From contig JAUFOQ010000004.1 in assembly GCA_040285855.1 (NCBI GenBank), positions 62,001 through 126,000 on the forward strand: a stretch of DNA of 64,000 bases, given 5' to 3'. Positions 36,561-47,590 of the stretch are shown here, piece by piece (within the stretch, counting starts at the first letter, position 1; every line of letters starts with the position of its first letter). The DNA comes from Eukaryota sp. GEM-RC1. Taxonomy: Eukaryota. Under the pieces are notes generated by a model. It was not told the DNA's origin. It made no database searches and was given only the letters and a program-made list of their open reading frames with translations. Position numbers and translations under genes: made by a program.

Positions 36561-39500
36561 TTACAATAACTTGACTAAGAAGCAAACAAACAACACAATA
36601 AAAGTCCAGCTAAATCTAACTAATGAAAAACCACTAGAAACCGCTGGACATTGAGAGGGTCTGACAGCACAGGAATCACTACTTTTACACTTATAAGGTA
36701 AATGACCAGGACAAACTTCATCTAAATCTTCCTTTAAACTAAAGAAAAACATTCCTTCAGAATTAGCTTTTCCTTTAAGCATATCAGAACTACTATCAAA
36801 GGTCACGTCATCATCAATACAATAAGGAGAAGAAGTGCCATTCAAAGTAGCAAGGCAGTAATCATCAACATTATGAACCAACCCATTTGGTAACGTCATG
36901 CTGAGTTCAAAACTTCCAAATCTGTTATTTCTTGGTTGACCCTCAGCTACTTTAACCTCAATCACTGGAGATCTAATAAGATCAGTTGAGATTATTCCAG
37001 CTCTAATCTCACTATCTGGAGGTGTACATACAGAGATTGGAAGAGGTTCTAAAAAGGAAGAAACGAATAAACTTGTTCCTACAACTAAACGACCAAGCAG
37101 AACTTCCTCGTCGTATTCCGAAGTAATATCAGCTTCCAAAGTCTTTTTTTCATCTCTACTGTAGGTAACACAAAGACCTTTGACAGTATATGGAGCAACA
37201 GTATGACAATCCATGAAATCATCAACGCACTCACCATCAAAGCACTGGAACTGAGTCGTATGATTTTGGTAACAGCCTTTGATACAACCCTCTTGAGACC
37301 ACGAACACTCACCATTACCACAAAACACAGGAGCATTGAGGTCACAGCCATTAAGTTCCTCACAAGATTCTTTACACTGGCCGTCTGAACATAGCTCTTC
37401 TTCCTCATCACATTCAGTAGAAGAAGAAGCACAAGGAGCATCCATTGGCACACAAGTTCCATCAGAACAGCGTTTGTTTCTGTTAAATGGACAAGGTTGG
37501 AGAGTTGAGCATTCTTCAATTGAACGTCGACAAGCACCATCAGAGCATCTGATGTGTCCCTCACTGCAATCAACTGTAGACCAACAGTCGACAATATCTT
37601 TAGCACAACTACCATCATTACAATTAAAGGGAGTTTCACCTCGACACATTCCATATCCACCATCAAATCGTCCACCCCACCCGGGACCAAATCCATCAAT
37701 TTTGATTGGATCGGAAACGTTATCATAGGCTATATTCTCTATCCACCCATTCTCTCCGTACTCTACAAAACCTCCACTTCCACTTCTCCCCGCTCTTCTT
37801 CCATGTGAATACCTATACCCACCACTACCACCTCCTCTTGACCAATGTCCTCCGTTGCGATAACAGTCTGATAAGGAGGAAACACAAAGGTGACGGTGGC
37901 AGAGGATTGGGGAATGAGAAGGACAAGAGAAAGAGCCGCATTGGTCAGCATTGGAGACACATCGACCATTAGGGCAAATGACTCCATCACATGGATTGAT
38001 TGGTCGACACTCGTCATCAATCAAAACTGAATAATCATCACAAAGAGTACTTTCCTTATTATTACAGACAATATGCAGAGGACAATCATTTGATTCAGCC
38101 ACGCAGTTCCCATTCATACATAGAAAAGGAAGAGATGCATGAGTACATACAAGACCTTTTGAACAACCATCGTGTTTACTTGCACAACCATATGAACACT
38201 TGATTTGATCAGAAGTACAAACGAAATCACCTCGTGGACAATCAGTCGCGTCAGCAACACACTGACCGTCAACACATTTGATTGGGGTTTCTGCCATACA
38301 ACCATTTGACATCACACACTCACCTTCATCCGCAACACAAATCCCATCTGCACACCTTCTTGGCTTATCAACAGAACAACCATTACAAAGACGTGTATTA
38401 GAAACACATTGATCTAAAGAGGAAACACAAGATCCACCTGGACACTTAACCATATCAGGAGGACAAGAACTAGGATTAGGCGAATAGTAGCATTTGGAAT
38501 AGTCATCAACACAACGACCAGAAGAAGAGCACCAGTAGTAGCCAGGGGGACATCTAGAAGTGGGAGAAGTAGAGTTATCAAAGGGCTCTTCCCTGCAAAC
38601 GTGATCGTTCCATCTCTCAGGGAAATCACAAGGACAAGGATCGATTGCAGGACAAAGAAGAGGATTCTCAGCACACTTACCATTCTCACAAAGGAAGGGA
38701 AGAAGAGAGTGACAAGTTGGGTGAGGGTATTCGTCGGTTAGAGGAGGACAGTAAGAGGAATCAGCCACGCAGAAACCCCCAGGACACTTGATGGGAGCTC
38801 TAGAGTCAAGACAACGGTAAGGATTGGGACAGAAGGAGGGTTCAGAGACACAGATACCAGTTTCACAAAGGATAGGCTTTGAAGAAGGACAGCCATTGGG
38901 GAGAGGGCATTTAGAGAGATCTTCCAAGCAGAAACCATTAGATTCACAGCGGGAGGTACCATGAGGACAATCAGAGACTTCCTTACAGTCATCTCTGTTT
39001 AAAACACACTTCCCGTCATCACATCTAATAGGTCTCCATTGGTCACAAAAGGTACGTTGGTGAGGGCAAACTTCAACATCAACTCTACATTCAACAGTCA
39101 TTGTGGTATAGTCAGTCCCAAAGAAGGTGGTGGTGTTAGGGCATCGGAAAGAGGCATCTTCTGGACAGAGACAGTCCCAGTAGTCAGAGACACAAGAGAG
39201 ATCGGGACAGAGAAAAGGCTTAGAAGAGGAACAAGTAGGTTTTGGACAATGTTCCAGACATTCTGCACAGAGACCATTGTGAGGACATTGGACTGGGTGA
39301 GTACTGGGACAAGAGAGAGGAACACATTGGTCCTCAAGAAGAGCACATGAACCATCAGGACAGGGGGCGATAGCATAGGGATTGTCTAGTTCGCCACAAC
39401 AATCTCTGGGTGTATGTACGAACTTATCTTGATGAAAGCAGTAATACTCAGCATCAGAATCCGGACGTTTTGCTAATTCACACGATTCAGATGTGGGAAG

Positions 39501-39620
39501 ACATCGTTTAAGATCAGAGCAGAAAACTGGAAGCTCACTGGGGCATTTGAATTGTCCCCAAACACCACAAACAAGCAAACATAGTAGCAGGGTTGAGCAA
39601 AAGCGATGAAAGAGGCTCAT
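36561..39620 (-). CDS. Secreted/surface cysteine-rich repeat protein
   Basis: Signal peptide MSLFHRFCSTLLLCLLVCGVWG, many CPxxxPxxCx(D/N)GxC(V/A) repeats, a Gly-rich insert and a hydrophobic C-terminus (GPI- or TM-like). Confidence 0.85.
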   Translation of the reverse strand: MSLFHRFCSTLLLCLLVCGVWGQFKCPSELPVFCSDLKRCLPTSESCELAKRPDSDAEYYCFHQDKFVHTPRDCCGELDNPYAIAPCPDGSCALLEDQCVPLSCPSTHPVQCPHNGLCAECLEHCPKPTCSSSKPFLCPDLSCVSDYWDCLCPEDASFRCPNTTTFFGTDYTTMTVECRVDVEVCPHQRTFCDQWRPIRCDDGKCVLNRDDCKEVSDCPHGTSRCESNGFCLEDLSKCPLPNGCPSSKPILCETGICVSEPSFCPNPYRCLDSRAPIKCPGGFCVADSSYCPPLTDEYPHPTCHSLLPFLCENGKCAENPLLCPAIDPCPCDFPERWNDHVCREEPFDNSTSPTSRCPPGYYWCSSSGRCVDDYSKCYYSPNPSSCPPDMVKCPGGSCVSSLDQCVSNTRLCNGCSVDKPRRCADGICVADEGECVMSNGCMAETPIKCVDGQCVADATDCPRGDFVCTSDQIKCSYGCASKHDGCSKGLVCTHASLPFLCMNGNCVAESNDCPLHIVCNNKESTLCDDYSVLIDDECRPINPCDGVICPNGRCVSNADQCGSFSCPSHSPILCHRHLCVSSLSDCYRNGGHWSRGGGSGGYRYSHGRRAGRSGSGGFVEYGENGWIENIAYDNVSDPIKIDGFGPGWGGRFDGGYGMCRGETPFNCNDGSCAKDIVDCWSTVDCSEGHIRCSDGACRRSIEECSTLQPCPFNRNKRCSDGTCVPMDAPCASSSTECDEEEELCSDGQCKESCEELNGCDLNAPVFCGNGECSWSQEGCIKGCYQNHTTQFQCFDGECVDDFMDCHTVAPYTVKGLCVTYSRDEKKTLEADITSEYDEEVLLGRLVVGTSLFVSSFLEPLPISVCTPPDSEIRAGIISTDLIRSPVIEVKVAEGQPRNNRFGSFELSMTLPNGLVHNVDDYCLATLNGTSSPYCIDDDVTFDSSSDMLKGKANSEGMFFFSLKEDLDEVCPGHLPYKCKSSDSCAVRPSQCPAVSSGFSLVRFSWTFIVLFVCFLVKLL

Positions 39621-40107
39621 GGAAAAGAAAAATGTTGACAACATTCTAGTTCTTACTAGTACTACTAGTACATGTACTAGTATCATTATATTCTTAGTAT
39701 CATTACGTGTCATTGATCTTATAGGAGAATTGCCGTTGGCTTACCAGAACTGTATGTTGAGAACGTGTTTGATTGTCATCAACAGACCGTATATATGTCG
39801 TAATTCTTTGATGATGACGTTATACTTTCGCATTATCATTACAAAATAGTCTAATACATGTATCACAATTGCAACTGAATATGTTGGAAATCGATGTAGC
39901 CTTGACTTTGATCCAGACAAAATTGTGATGTTGTGTTCGTCCACTGGAAGGCTACAGAAGATGACTTCCAGCAGGACAACTACTGTCACTCCTCTAACTA
40001 CCTCCTTAAATTGCGTGAAATCGGTAACAATGAATTGCAACTCAAACCAATACATTAAATGTATTATGAATAAAGACAATAAACTGACCAAACTAAAGCT
40101 CTCCTTC

Positions 40108-42325
40108 TCATTCCCTTTCTCCTTCCGAATACTCTACAACGGGTACCAACTCCTCAACCATTGAATCCTCCTCAACATCTTTCAAAACGAACACAGGAAC
40201 AACTTTTCCAATAGTCATTAATATTCCCAAAAGAACGATTCCACAAATACCAATAGACAACCATGGATTAAGCCCCATCATAGTTGGTGTATAACCAAAC
40301 AAAATGACAACACCTCCCACTAACAAAGCATACGGCGTCTGGGTCTTGATATGCAGAAGTAGGTCACATCTTGCAGCCAACGAAGCTGGGGTAAGAAGTG
40401 AGAGAAAGTGCACACACCAATGATTGTAGTATCTCCCAAGATTGAAACGTGATTTCTACAGTTAGATATTTAAAATATTCATACCCGAAAACAGCCCCAC
40501 TAAGAACAGATGCTATCATCGCCTTAAGAACTCTTTCATCACCAGGGCTCGAAGCCACTGCAAGGGGAAGCACAAGGGGAATCAACAACGAAAGCGTACC
40601 CCATGCAGTACCTGTAGAAACAGCCACAATAGCAGAAGTAATAAAGACAGCAACAACCAACAAAAGACTAGGAAAACCCTCAGGAATCATAGATACAAGC
40701 CAAGAAGCTGTCCCAAGTACTCTTGCTGCTCCACCCAGACTCCAAGCAAGAAGGATGATCACAATTGAAGGGCATAGGGACTTGAAACCAGCCATGAAAG
40801 CATTCATCGATTGACCGAGCGTAGCAATCTTTTGAGAGACATTGAGAATGATGGACAAGATGACTCCAACAATTGCACCATTCAAAAGGGCATCAAATAC
40901 TTGAGCATTCCCAAATATTGAAGAAATTGAATAATCTAAGGAGTCCAGGAGAAGCTGTAATCTATCTACTTCAGCGGAAACGTCCCCTGAGTCAGCAATC
41001 TCAATCAAAATAGATAGCTCATCCTTCTGATCAGAAATAGACTCGTATCCACTGTATATCATGATTGAAATCACTGACAGAACAGTAACAATAATAGGCA
41101 GGAGTGCATTAACCGCTCTCAAAGGTTTATTAAGATTAGGCTTCATCTCTTTCTCCTCATGATCCTCAATAGTCTCCTTCGGTTCGTCCTCCTTGCTTCC
41201 TTCAGCTTTTTTTTTCCTCATCAGTTTTCTGTTGATCTTCATCTGACACAGCTAAAGACCCTCTGTACTTCATCTCTTCCACATACATTGGGCCGAAATC
41301 CCTTCGTGTTGCAATGTTTAACAATACAAATGCAATGGTAACAAGAGGATAGAAACTAAAAGGAATGGATTTAAGAAACAAAATGAAAGGATCGTAATCA
41401 AGATCTAGATTGATTACTTCAGCTCTAATCAACGACACTTGAAACCCAATCCACGACGTGATAATGGCAACACTCGAGATTGGAGCAGCTAAGGAATCTA
41501 GAAGAAAGGAAAGCTTTGCTGGGGATACTCGTAGTTTTTCAAGGACCGGTCTGATTGCAAGCCCAGTGAGAAGAACCTAGAATAAGAAATTTTAAAAATT
41601 TGACACACATTTGAAAACTCATCGATAAAGACCGTACAAACACAGCAACACAGCCCGATCATTCCTTTGGTAGAAGTCTTCGCGACTTTTGAAATTAACC
41701 TAGCTAAACCCATGCTTCCTCCTGAACGACTAACAACTCCGATAAGACCACCCAAAACAATGAAGAAAAGAATAAGTTTAGCATGACCTACATCAATGAG
41801 AGCATAGACCAAGTATTCGGTCATTGTTTTGAACAGAGCAGTGATTGGATTGAAGTTCCAAATGAAGAGGGAAGCAACAAAAAGGCCAATGAAAAGTGAA
41901 GGGATAACTTGCTTGGTAACTATCGCAGTGACAATGATGAGGATCTGTGGAAGAATGGTGAAGAATCCAGGGAGTGTGTTGATTTGAAATGAGTGGTATG
42001 AGTTTGGACAAGAGGTACATGATAAAGAAAGACGGTGACGGCCAAGAGAATCTAAGAGAATGTCTGAAATGGAACCAGATTGAATACGTTCATCAGTTAG
42101 AGTGACATTAACGTCAGAATAGACTCGATCGTCTAATGTTACAGCAAAGCGAACAATAGTGTCTTCAAAATCAGCGTAGTCAGAAGTTTTGAGAGCAAAC
42201 TTGAAGTGGATAGAGAAAGGAACATTGGATGTAGAGACCGGAGGAACAGAAACAGACTTAAACAATACATCATGTGAAGCTGCTACTTGTAACAAATAAA
42301 AGACTGCAAGAAGCAGCAGTTTCAT
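40108..42325 (-). CDS. NhaC-family Na+/H+ antiporter-like transporter with signal peptide and extracellular N-terminal domain
   Basis: LGGLIGVVSRSGG, FIDEFSN, RVSPAKLSFLLDSLAAP, STGTAWGT, GAVFGNHVSILGDTTI, HIKTQTPYA. Introns at 41577-41608, 40456-40484 and 40386-40417. One extra base in the T9 run at 41207-41215. Confidence 0.85.
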
Positions 42326-42885
42326 AGTCAACAAGAGGAAATAGTCCAATTCAAGTGTTGGGGTGGTTGGAAGTCAAGAGCCACGTCATTTTGATTCATC
42401 ACTTTAACCAAATTACTAATGTAATACTTTGACTGGAAAAAGGCTTTAGTGTGCAATGAAACATCAAAAGTACTGGTAATTGCTTCCAATCGGGACTGTT
42501 AGAACTCCTAAACTACATGCAACAAGTGTTGATTCAGTATTTCCATTGTTTCAACAAGTGTTTCCATTGTCTCAATGTGGTACTGGTTCACTCTCGCCTA
42601 CAGGTTTTTGGGGATTCGAATGTAAATTGATTTACTTCACACCAATATCGATAAGTGACATTAAATGTGCAAAAAAAACAACCAGCATTTTGCACCACCC
42701 CGTCAAATGTATTGGAATCGCAACAAGATGGCTTGTTTGAACATGATGAACATGTTCGAGCATTGGATGAATGGTAGTGATGAGAAAGTAGAGTATTTGT
42801 GTAGAAATTAGCCTTATTTTTGTTTGCCGGTGAAACCCCGCCATATTTGGTTAAGTCCACATAACTTGAATCATTTAAAACAGTT

Positions 42886-44156
42886 TTATTCTTCTACCAA
42901 TTCATTTTGCACTACAAACTTAAATCCATCAATATAACCAATATTCCAACGACTATCTTTGACTGAACCCTCATAAGGAACATAAACAGTGTGAACAAGA
43001 ACATTATCTTGGTATATCTTAACGTAGCATTGAGATCCAACAAGAGGCATCGGCTGTCTACCGCGTTGCTTAACATAAACAGGTGAATTCCGTGTGTCGT
43101 GATTAGTGATTGTGATTGATTGCCAGGCGTACTCTCTGTCAATTGCCCAAATACCTACAGTATCATCGACTTCACAGCGATACATTGGTTGAAGATGACA
43201 GACTTCACACACATTATAGAGGTTCATATAAACGATGGAATGTTTGATAGGCAATATCGGTCCATTGAAGAATCCAATTAACCAATCGCCACTTCTCTTC
43301 TTTAATTTTAGATCAACAACTAGTTCATTGGGAACTCTGATGCTGGTTGACAATGGCTGGTAGTAAACAGGATCAACAGAGATGGTGTATGTTCCAGGAA
43401 CAACTCCTTTAAAAGAGTAACGACCGTCACTTGAAGAAGTTGTTGTTTGAGTAGAGGTTTCACCATCTAATTTAATGGTAATGTTTCCAATAGGAAAAGA
43501 AGTGTTCAACTCCATGAGGCTTCCATTAACAGTGAAATTGGTGGGTGGCTTGGGGCCAGGACAATTGTAAGCATGGGTATCAAATAGAGGATCGGAGTAA
43601 TCGAAGTGGACAGGCTTCATACCATATATATCAACTTGCTGCAATAAGCAAACTAGAAAAACATACGACAACGTTATCAGCCCTGTGGAGGGTGAAACGC
43701 AAGAGATCATCATCACCAAAAGAATTGAAGTGAACAAACCATGAATGGGAGTAGTTCTGATAATCTGCTCTCCACAAAGAGACTGAAATGCCTCTGATCT
43801 CAGTCTCAAACAGAAAGCGAGCTTCCCTAGGAATTACAGATGGGAAGATGGGATTTACTGAAGGTTCTATATCACAATGATACGTTCCATGATCAGGTTT
43901 GATGATGTAAGATGATCTATCTGAATCCAAATAATGGAAAATCTGAATGACTAGGGTAATGTAAGTAAACATGAAACAAACCGTCTGACGATTCAGATCG
44001 AGCTCGCTGGTGGGGCAAATCTAGAAGGTATTTGAAGCTGTTCTTCCCAAAGTAGGGATCGGTTACGACCACAGTAGCAGACCAGGACAGAGGCAAACTG
44101 GGAAAACATGTGGTGACTGTTACGATAGTCAAGATCAGAGCAATAGCATGGAACAT
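42886..44156 (-). CDS. Secreted protein: ependymin/LolA-like N-domain (tentative) + carboxypeptidase-regulatory/CnaB-like beta-sandwich; copy 1
   Basis: Signal peptide; introns 43951-43981 (31 nt) and 43639-43666 (28 nt) join three ORFs. TTTSSSDGRYSFKGVVPGTYTISV motif. A paralog starts at 62831. Confidence 0.72.
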
Positions 44157-45608
44157 GTGCAACAATCAATTTTGAAACTCAGCCTACACTCCAAAAAATA
44201 CACAACTATGCTGTATAACAGAAACTAGGTCGTGTATAGTGGTTCTCTATCTTAATTGGGTAGTAAAGATTGGTGTAGTATGAAAGGATCTTACTGTAAC
44301 TTTTCGTGAATCTCTGATTCTTCTTTTCATAGTTTTGCAAAAGAAAGCGAGAAACTGGACTCAACAGATTTTTATTCGTCATGACCACTTCTGGCGTTCA
44401 GTTCGGCATCCTTCGGCTCCATCAGTGGTTCCATTAGAGACGGAACAATCTATAAGGACTCCGTCTTTGCCAAAATGCTCTCAGACTCAGGACTCATGGA
44501 ATAACATGGCTACGAAACCTATCTCCGCTATGAGAAAGAGAAACAGCATTATATTCCTTGATGTGACTCCACAGGAATCTTTTGACAGAATTAATTAAAC
44601 AAGAGAATTAAACGAGATTTTGAGTCCAGTGAGAGTATTTCCAGAGCCTCTAAGATGTATATCATGTGTTTGTCGAGTCATTCCAGTTATTTTTGAAGAT
44701 ATTGCTTGAATATAATCTTAATTTCAACAGCAGACGACAGCTTTTTATGATAAATAAACCAACAAACTATTGCTAAACACTAAATCATCAGCAAATAGCA
44801 ATAATCTCTCACATATCTGCTAAATGGATGGATGAGAGAAGAAGAGAACTAGTGTTAAGGGAGAGGGCGATATAAGAGCGAGAAAGGTCAAGGACGGACC
44901 TGAAAGCACCAATATAGGAAAGGGGAAAGGCTACAACTTCAAAACCAGCAGTTACAGACATCATCAGGGGAGATGTTCATAAGAAGGTCTTCCATTTCAA
45001 GACCATCAACAAGGGACAACTTTATAACACTGTCAAGGAGCTCCAGGGGTTTGTTCCATACAATGTAAACAGATGATGACGGATCTTTATTGTTTTGTGA
45101 AATAAAAGCTATGACTGACGTGCATCTACTGATGAGACTAGTGGGTTATCATTGTTTATCAAGCAGGAGAGAAAGGGTTTCAAGTACACAATGAGAAATC
45201 TGACATCATTCATGATGTTTTAGTGAACAAATAAGAGCTAGGAATGAAGATTCATGAATGTAAAGTAGGAGAGAAACGCCACGATGGAATCATCCCACAG
45301 AATCAAGGGGAGAAAGTCAGTCAGTCCCAAATTCCACTAGCAGGGATTGTATACTGTAGCTACCATATACAAAGAAGTTGCCACTAAGTCAAAGTTTGAA
45401 TTAAGATGATTAAGATGACCCATCGTAAATCTTATTCATTCATCTAGCGAGGCCATTGGGATCATACAAACAATTCTGAGAACAACCACCTCTAGTCTAC
45501 TGTACTTATTTACCAAAAGATTCTAATCATTGATGTAAAATATTTTTCTGAAAGTAACCTGTAGTTGAAATACAATAAAATCCACAATATTTCATAAATT
45601 TCTTGAAC

Positions 45609-47407
45609 ATGACTACCACGACCTCCACGGTCACGTGTTCACTTGCCAAGTTTTTTGACCCGCCAGCTCGGGCAGTGATGAACAGGCAATTTCGGTACCT
45701 TCGAGACGTTGCTGTTCATTCAACTTTACTGGCCCGGGTGTTTGTGCTCCAGCACCCCCACTTAGCACGCTGGTTGACTGACCAGCGTTTCTGGTACCAG
45801 TGCTTTGGGTTCGTTGCTCACTCTGAGCCGAAAGTAAACCGCCCCTTTGAGAACGACAATGGAGTGTACACTGCACTGCATCTGTCGTCGAGTCTTCCGC
45901 CAGTATCCATTTGGCCGTTCCCCCCTCTTGGCCGACACAAACCGACACGCTGGTGTTACTCACAACTCTTGAGTGATAGGTCACGACAGTTGTCTGAAGC
46001 TTTTCAACAACTGATGGCCGATGGTCCAGTCAGTTGGAAGCTGAACTTCTTCCGGACCGCTGCTGTATTCCTCGACTGCCCGACCCCCAAGGGATACGCT
46101 TCTGCTGTCGTACGTGGTGCTCAACCTGGAGCATCACTGCAGCAATGGTGGAATGCTCATCACCAGCAAACTCTGGCCACCTTTAATCACTTAGTCGGGG
46201 ATGTTGTCCTGTTCAATAATCTATTGACAGAACGGTCTGTTGCCCTCAATGAAACGAACACCTCATTTTTGTTCGCAGCTGGACTGAACCTGTTGTCTGC
46301 TCTTGAGGATGCTGCGCCAGATTGTATGCGCCGCCATGCTCTAGTTCCAATGGCCAGCTATGCTCCAGTGTTTGTATCATTCTCTCAGGAAGTGGAGAGA
46401 CACTTCACAGAGTTCAACTTCTCAAGGACTCTCAAAAGTAACCCACTGAAAACGTTTAGAAAACGCCCCCGTTTCCAGACTTACACCCTGGCCTCTGATG
46501 GTGTAAGTTTGAGGATAATTTTTCCACAAAGCCGAAAAAAACAAGGAACCGCCCTACCAAGGAGCAGTTTGAGTCAAGGAGGGCAAGTGGCTCCGAAGAC
46601 TTCAAGGTTAAGTCTCGAAAGAGAAAGTGTAACCTACAGAAGAAAGTGGCTCCGTCACGACGACGTGCGAGAACAGCTGATTTCGAACCTCCTCCTGATG
46701 AAGATTGGTTATGGTGTGCAATTGATCCCAACCACAGTAACCTATGTGGTTGGTCTATTGGAACCAACACTGACTATTTATTGGACTCTGGTATTACACT
46801 GGCACCAAAAGCCAAGGCTATCAATACTGTTATGTTTGGTGCTTTGAGCAACTCTACGTCGAACACCTATTCCGTTCAGAACATGTACCTGTATCTGCTC
46901 GAGATATCGACCACTATTGTTGATCAAAATATGAGTAAGAACAGTCTAGAACGGCGTTTATTAAATGGGAACAGGCCCAACCTACGGAGAAACAAGTTCG
47001 ATTTCTTCATAAGAAAACAGAAACGATTTGATTTATTTGCTCAAAATTTGAAAAATATGGCACAAGGAAGCCAAATCAGAGTTTGGTTTGGGACAGGAGG
47101 TGCTAGCCCATCTAGGCAGCAAGTGAAGTCTCCAAGAAAGGGATTCCTTCAATATCTCAAAAGATTCTTTCCCGTTATTATGGGCGATGAATACTTCACT
47201 TCCGCAAAAACTAACTGCTGTAAAGTGAGGCATCAGTTGATATATCATGAAGTAGATGGAATAAGAAGAGTGAATCACGCCATATTTCGATGTCCAACAT
47301 GTGCTCAGGTTTGGTCAAGAGATATTTCTGCCTCCAGAAATCAACTTGAGATCGCTATAGAGGGTTACTTATTTGGAACTAGGCCTGAAGCTTTCCAACG
47401 TACTTAA
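45609..47407 (+). CDS. Fanzor1-like (TnpB-family) RNA-guided endonuclease, ~599 aa if the single frameshift near 46519-46541 is corrected
   Basis: N-terminal VTCSLAKF...FWYQCF and SDGVSLRIIF. RuvC-I AIDPN, FGTGG, RuvC-II GDEYFTS, Zn-finger-like NCC...CPTC, RuvC-III WSRDISASRN, terminal RPEAFQR. The 5' half is visibly GC-richer than the host. Confidence 0.85.
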
Positions 47408-47575
47408 TTATCTATGTATTGGCCGATGAAATTCAAGTTACCTTGAATGGAGGCCGTAATGTGGTGCTTCGGCAGAAAAGGGATGTATATGAAGAAGCTT
47501 TCTTTGAAAGTGTAAAGTATGCATTTCTTGGAAAATCCACTGTACTGTACACGTCCAGATGTTTTAACTTTAACA
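47408..47575 (+). ncRNA. Candidate Fanzor omegaRNA scaffold (boundaries approximate)
   Basis: Dense stems directly after the stop: ATTCAAG-TTAC-CTTGAAT (47431-47448) within GGCC/GGCC, TGC-TTCG-GCA (47465-47474), and GGATGTATAT/GTACACGTCC (47481-47490/47547-47556) enclosing CTTTC-TTT-GAAAG and TTTC-TTG-GAAA. Confidence 0.55.
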
Positions 47576-47590
47576 TTTTTAATCTAAACA

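Noticed and set aside
37085..39376. Many overlapping ORFs within the Cys-rich gene, and similar shadow ORFs in hydA, HMGR and others
   Set aside because: Alternative-frame or antisense by-products of codon bias with no recognisable motifs.
44340..44690. GACTC-rich patches here and at 7060-7160, possible further MITE family
   Set aside because: Only loose similarity between the two; no convincing TIR/TSD pair.
44600..45540. Possible transposase or partner gene upstream of the Fanzor
   Set aside because: The minus strand looks like decayed coding sequence with many stops, but I recognised no DDE, HUH, serine- or tyrosine-recombinase motif, and found no TIR or TSD pair around the Fanzor.
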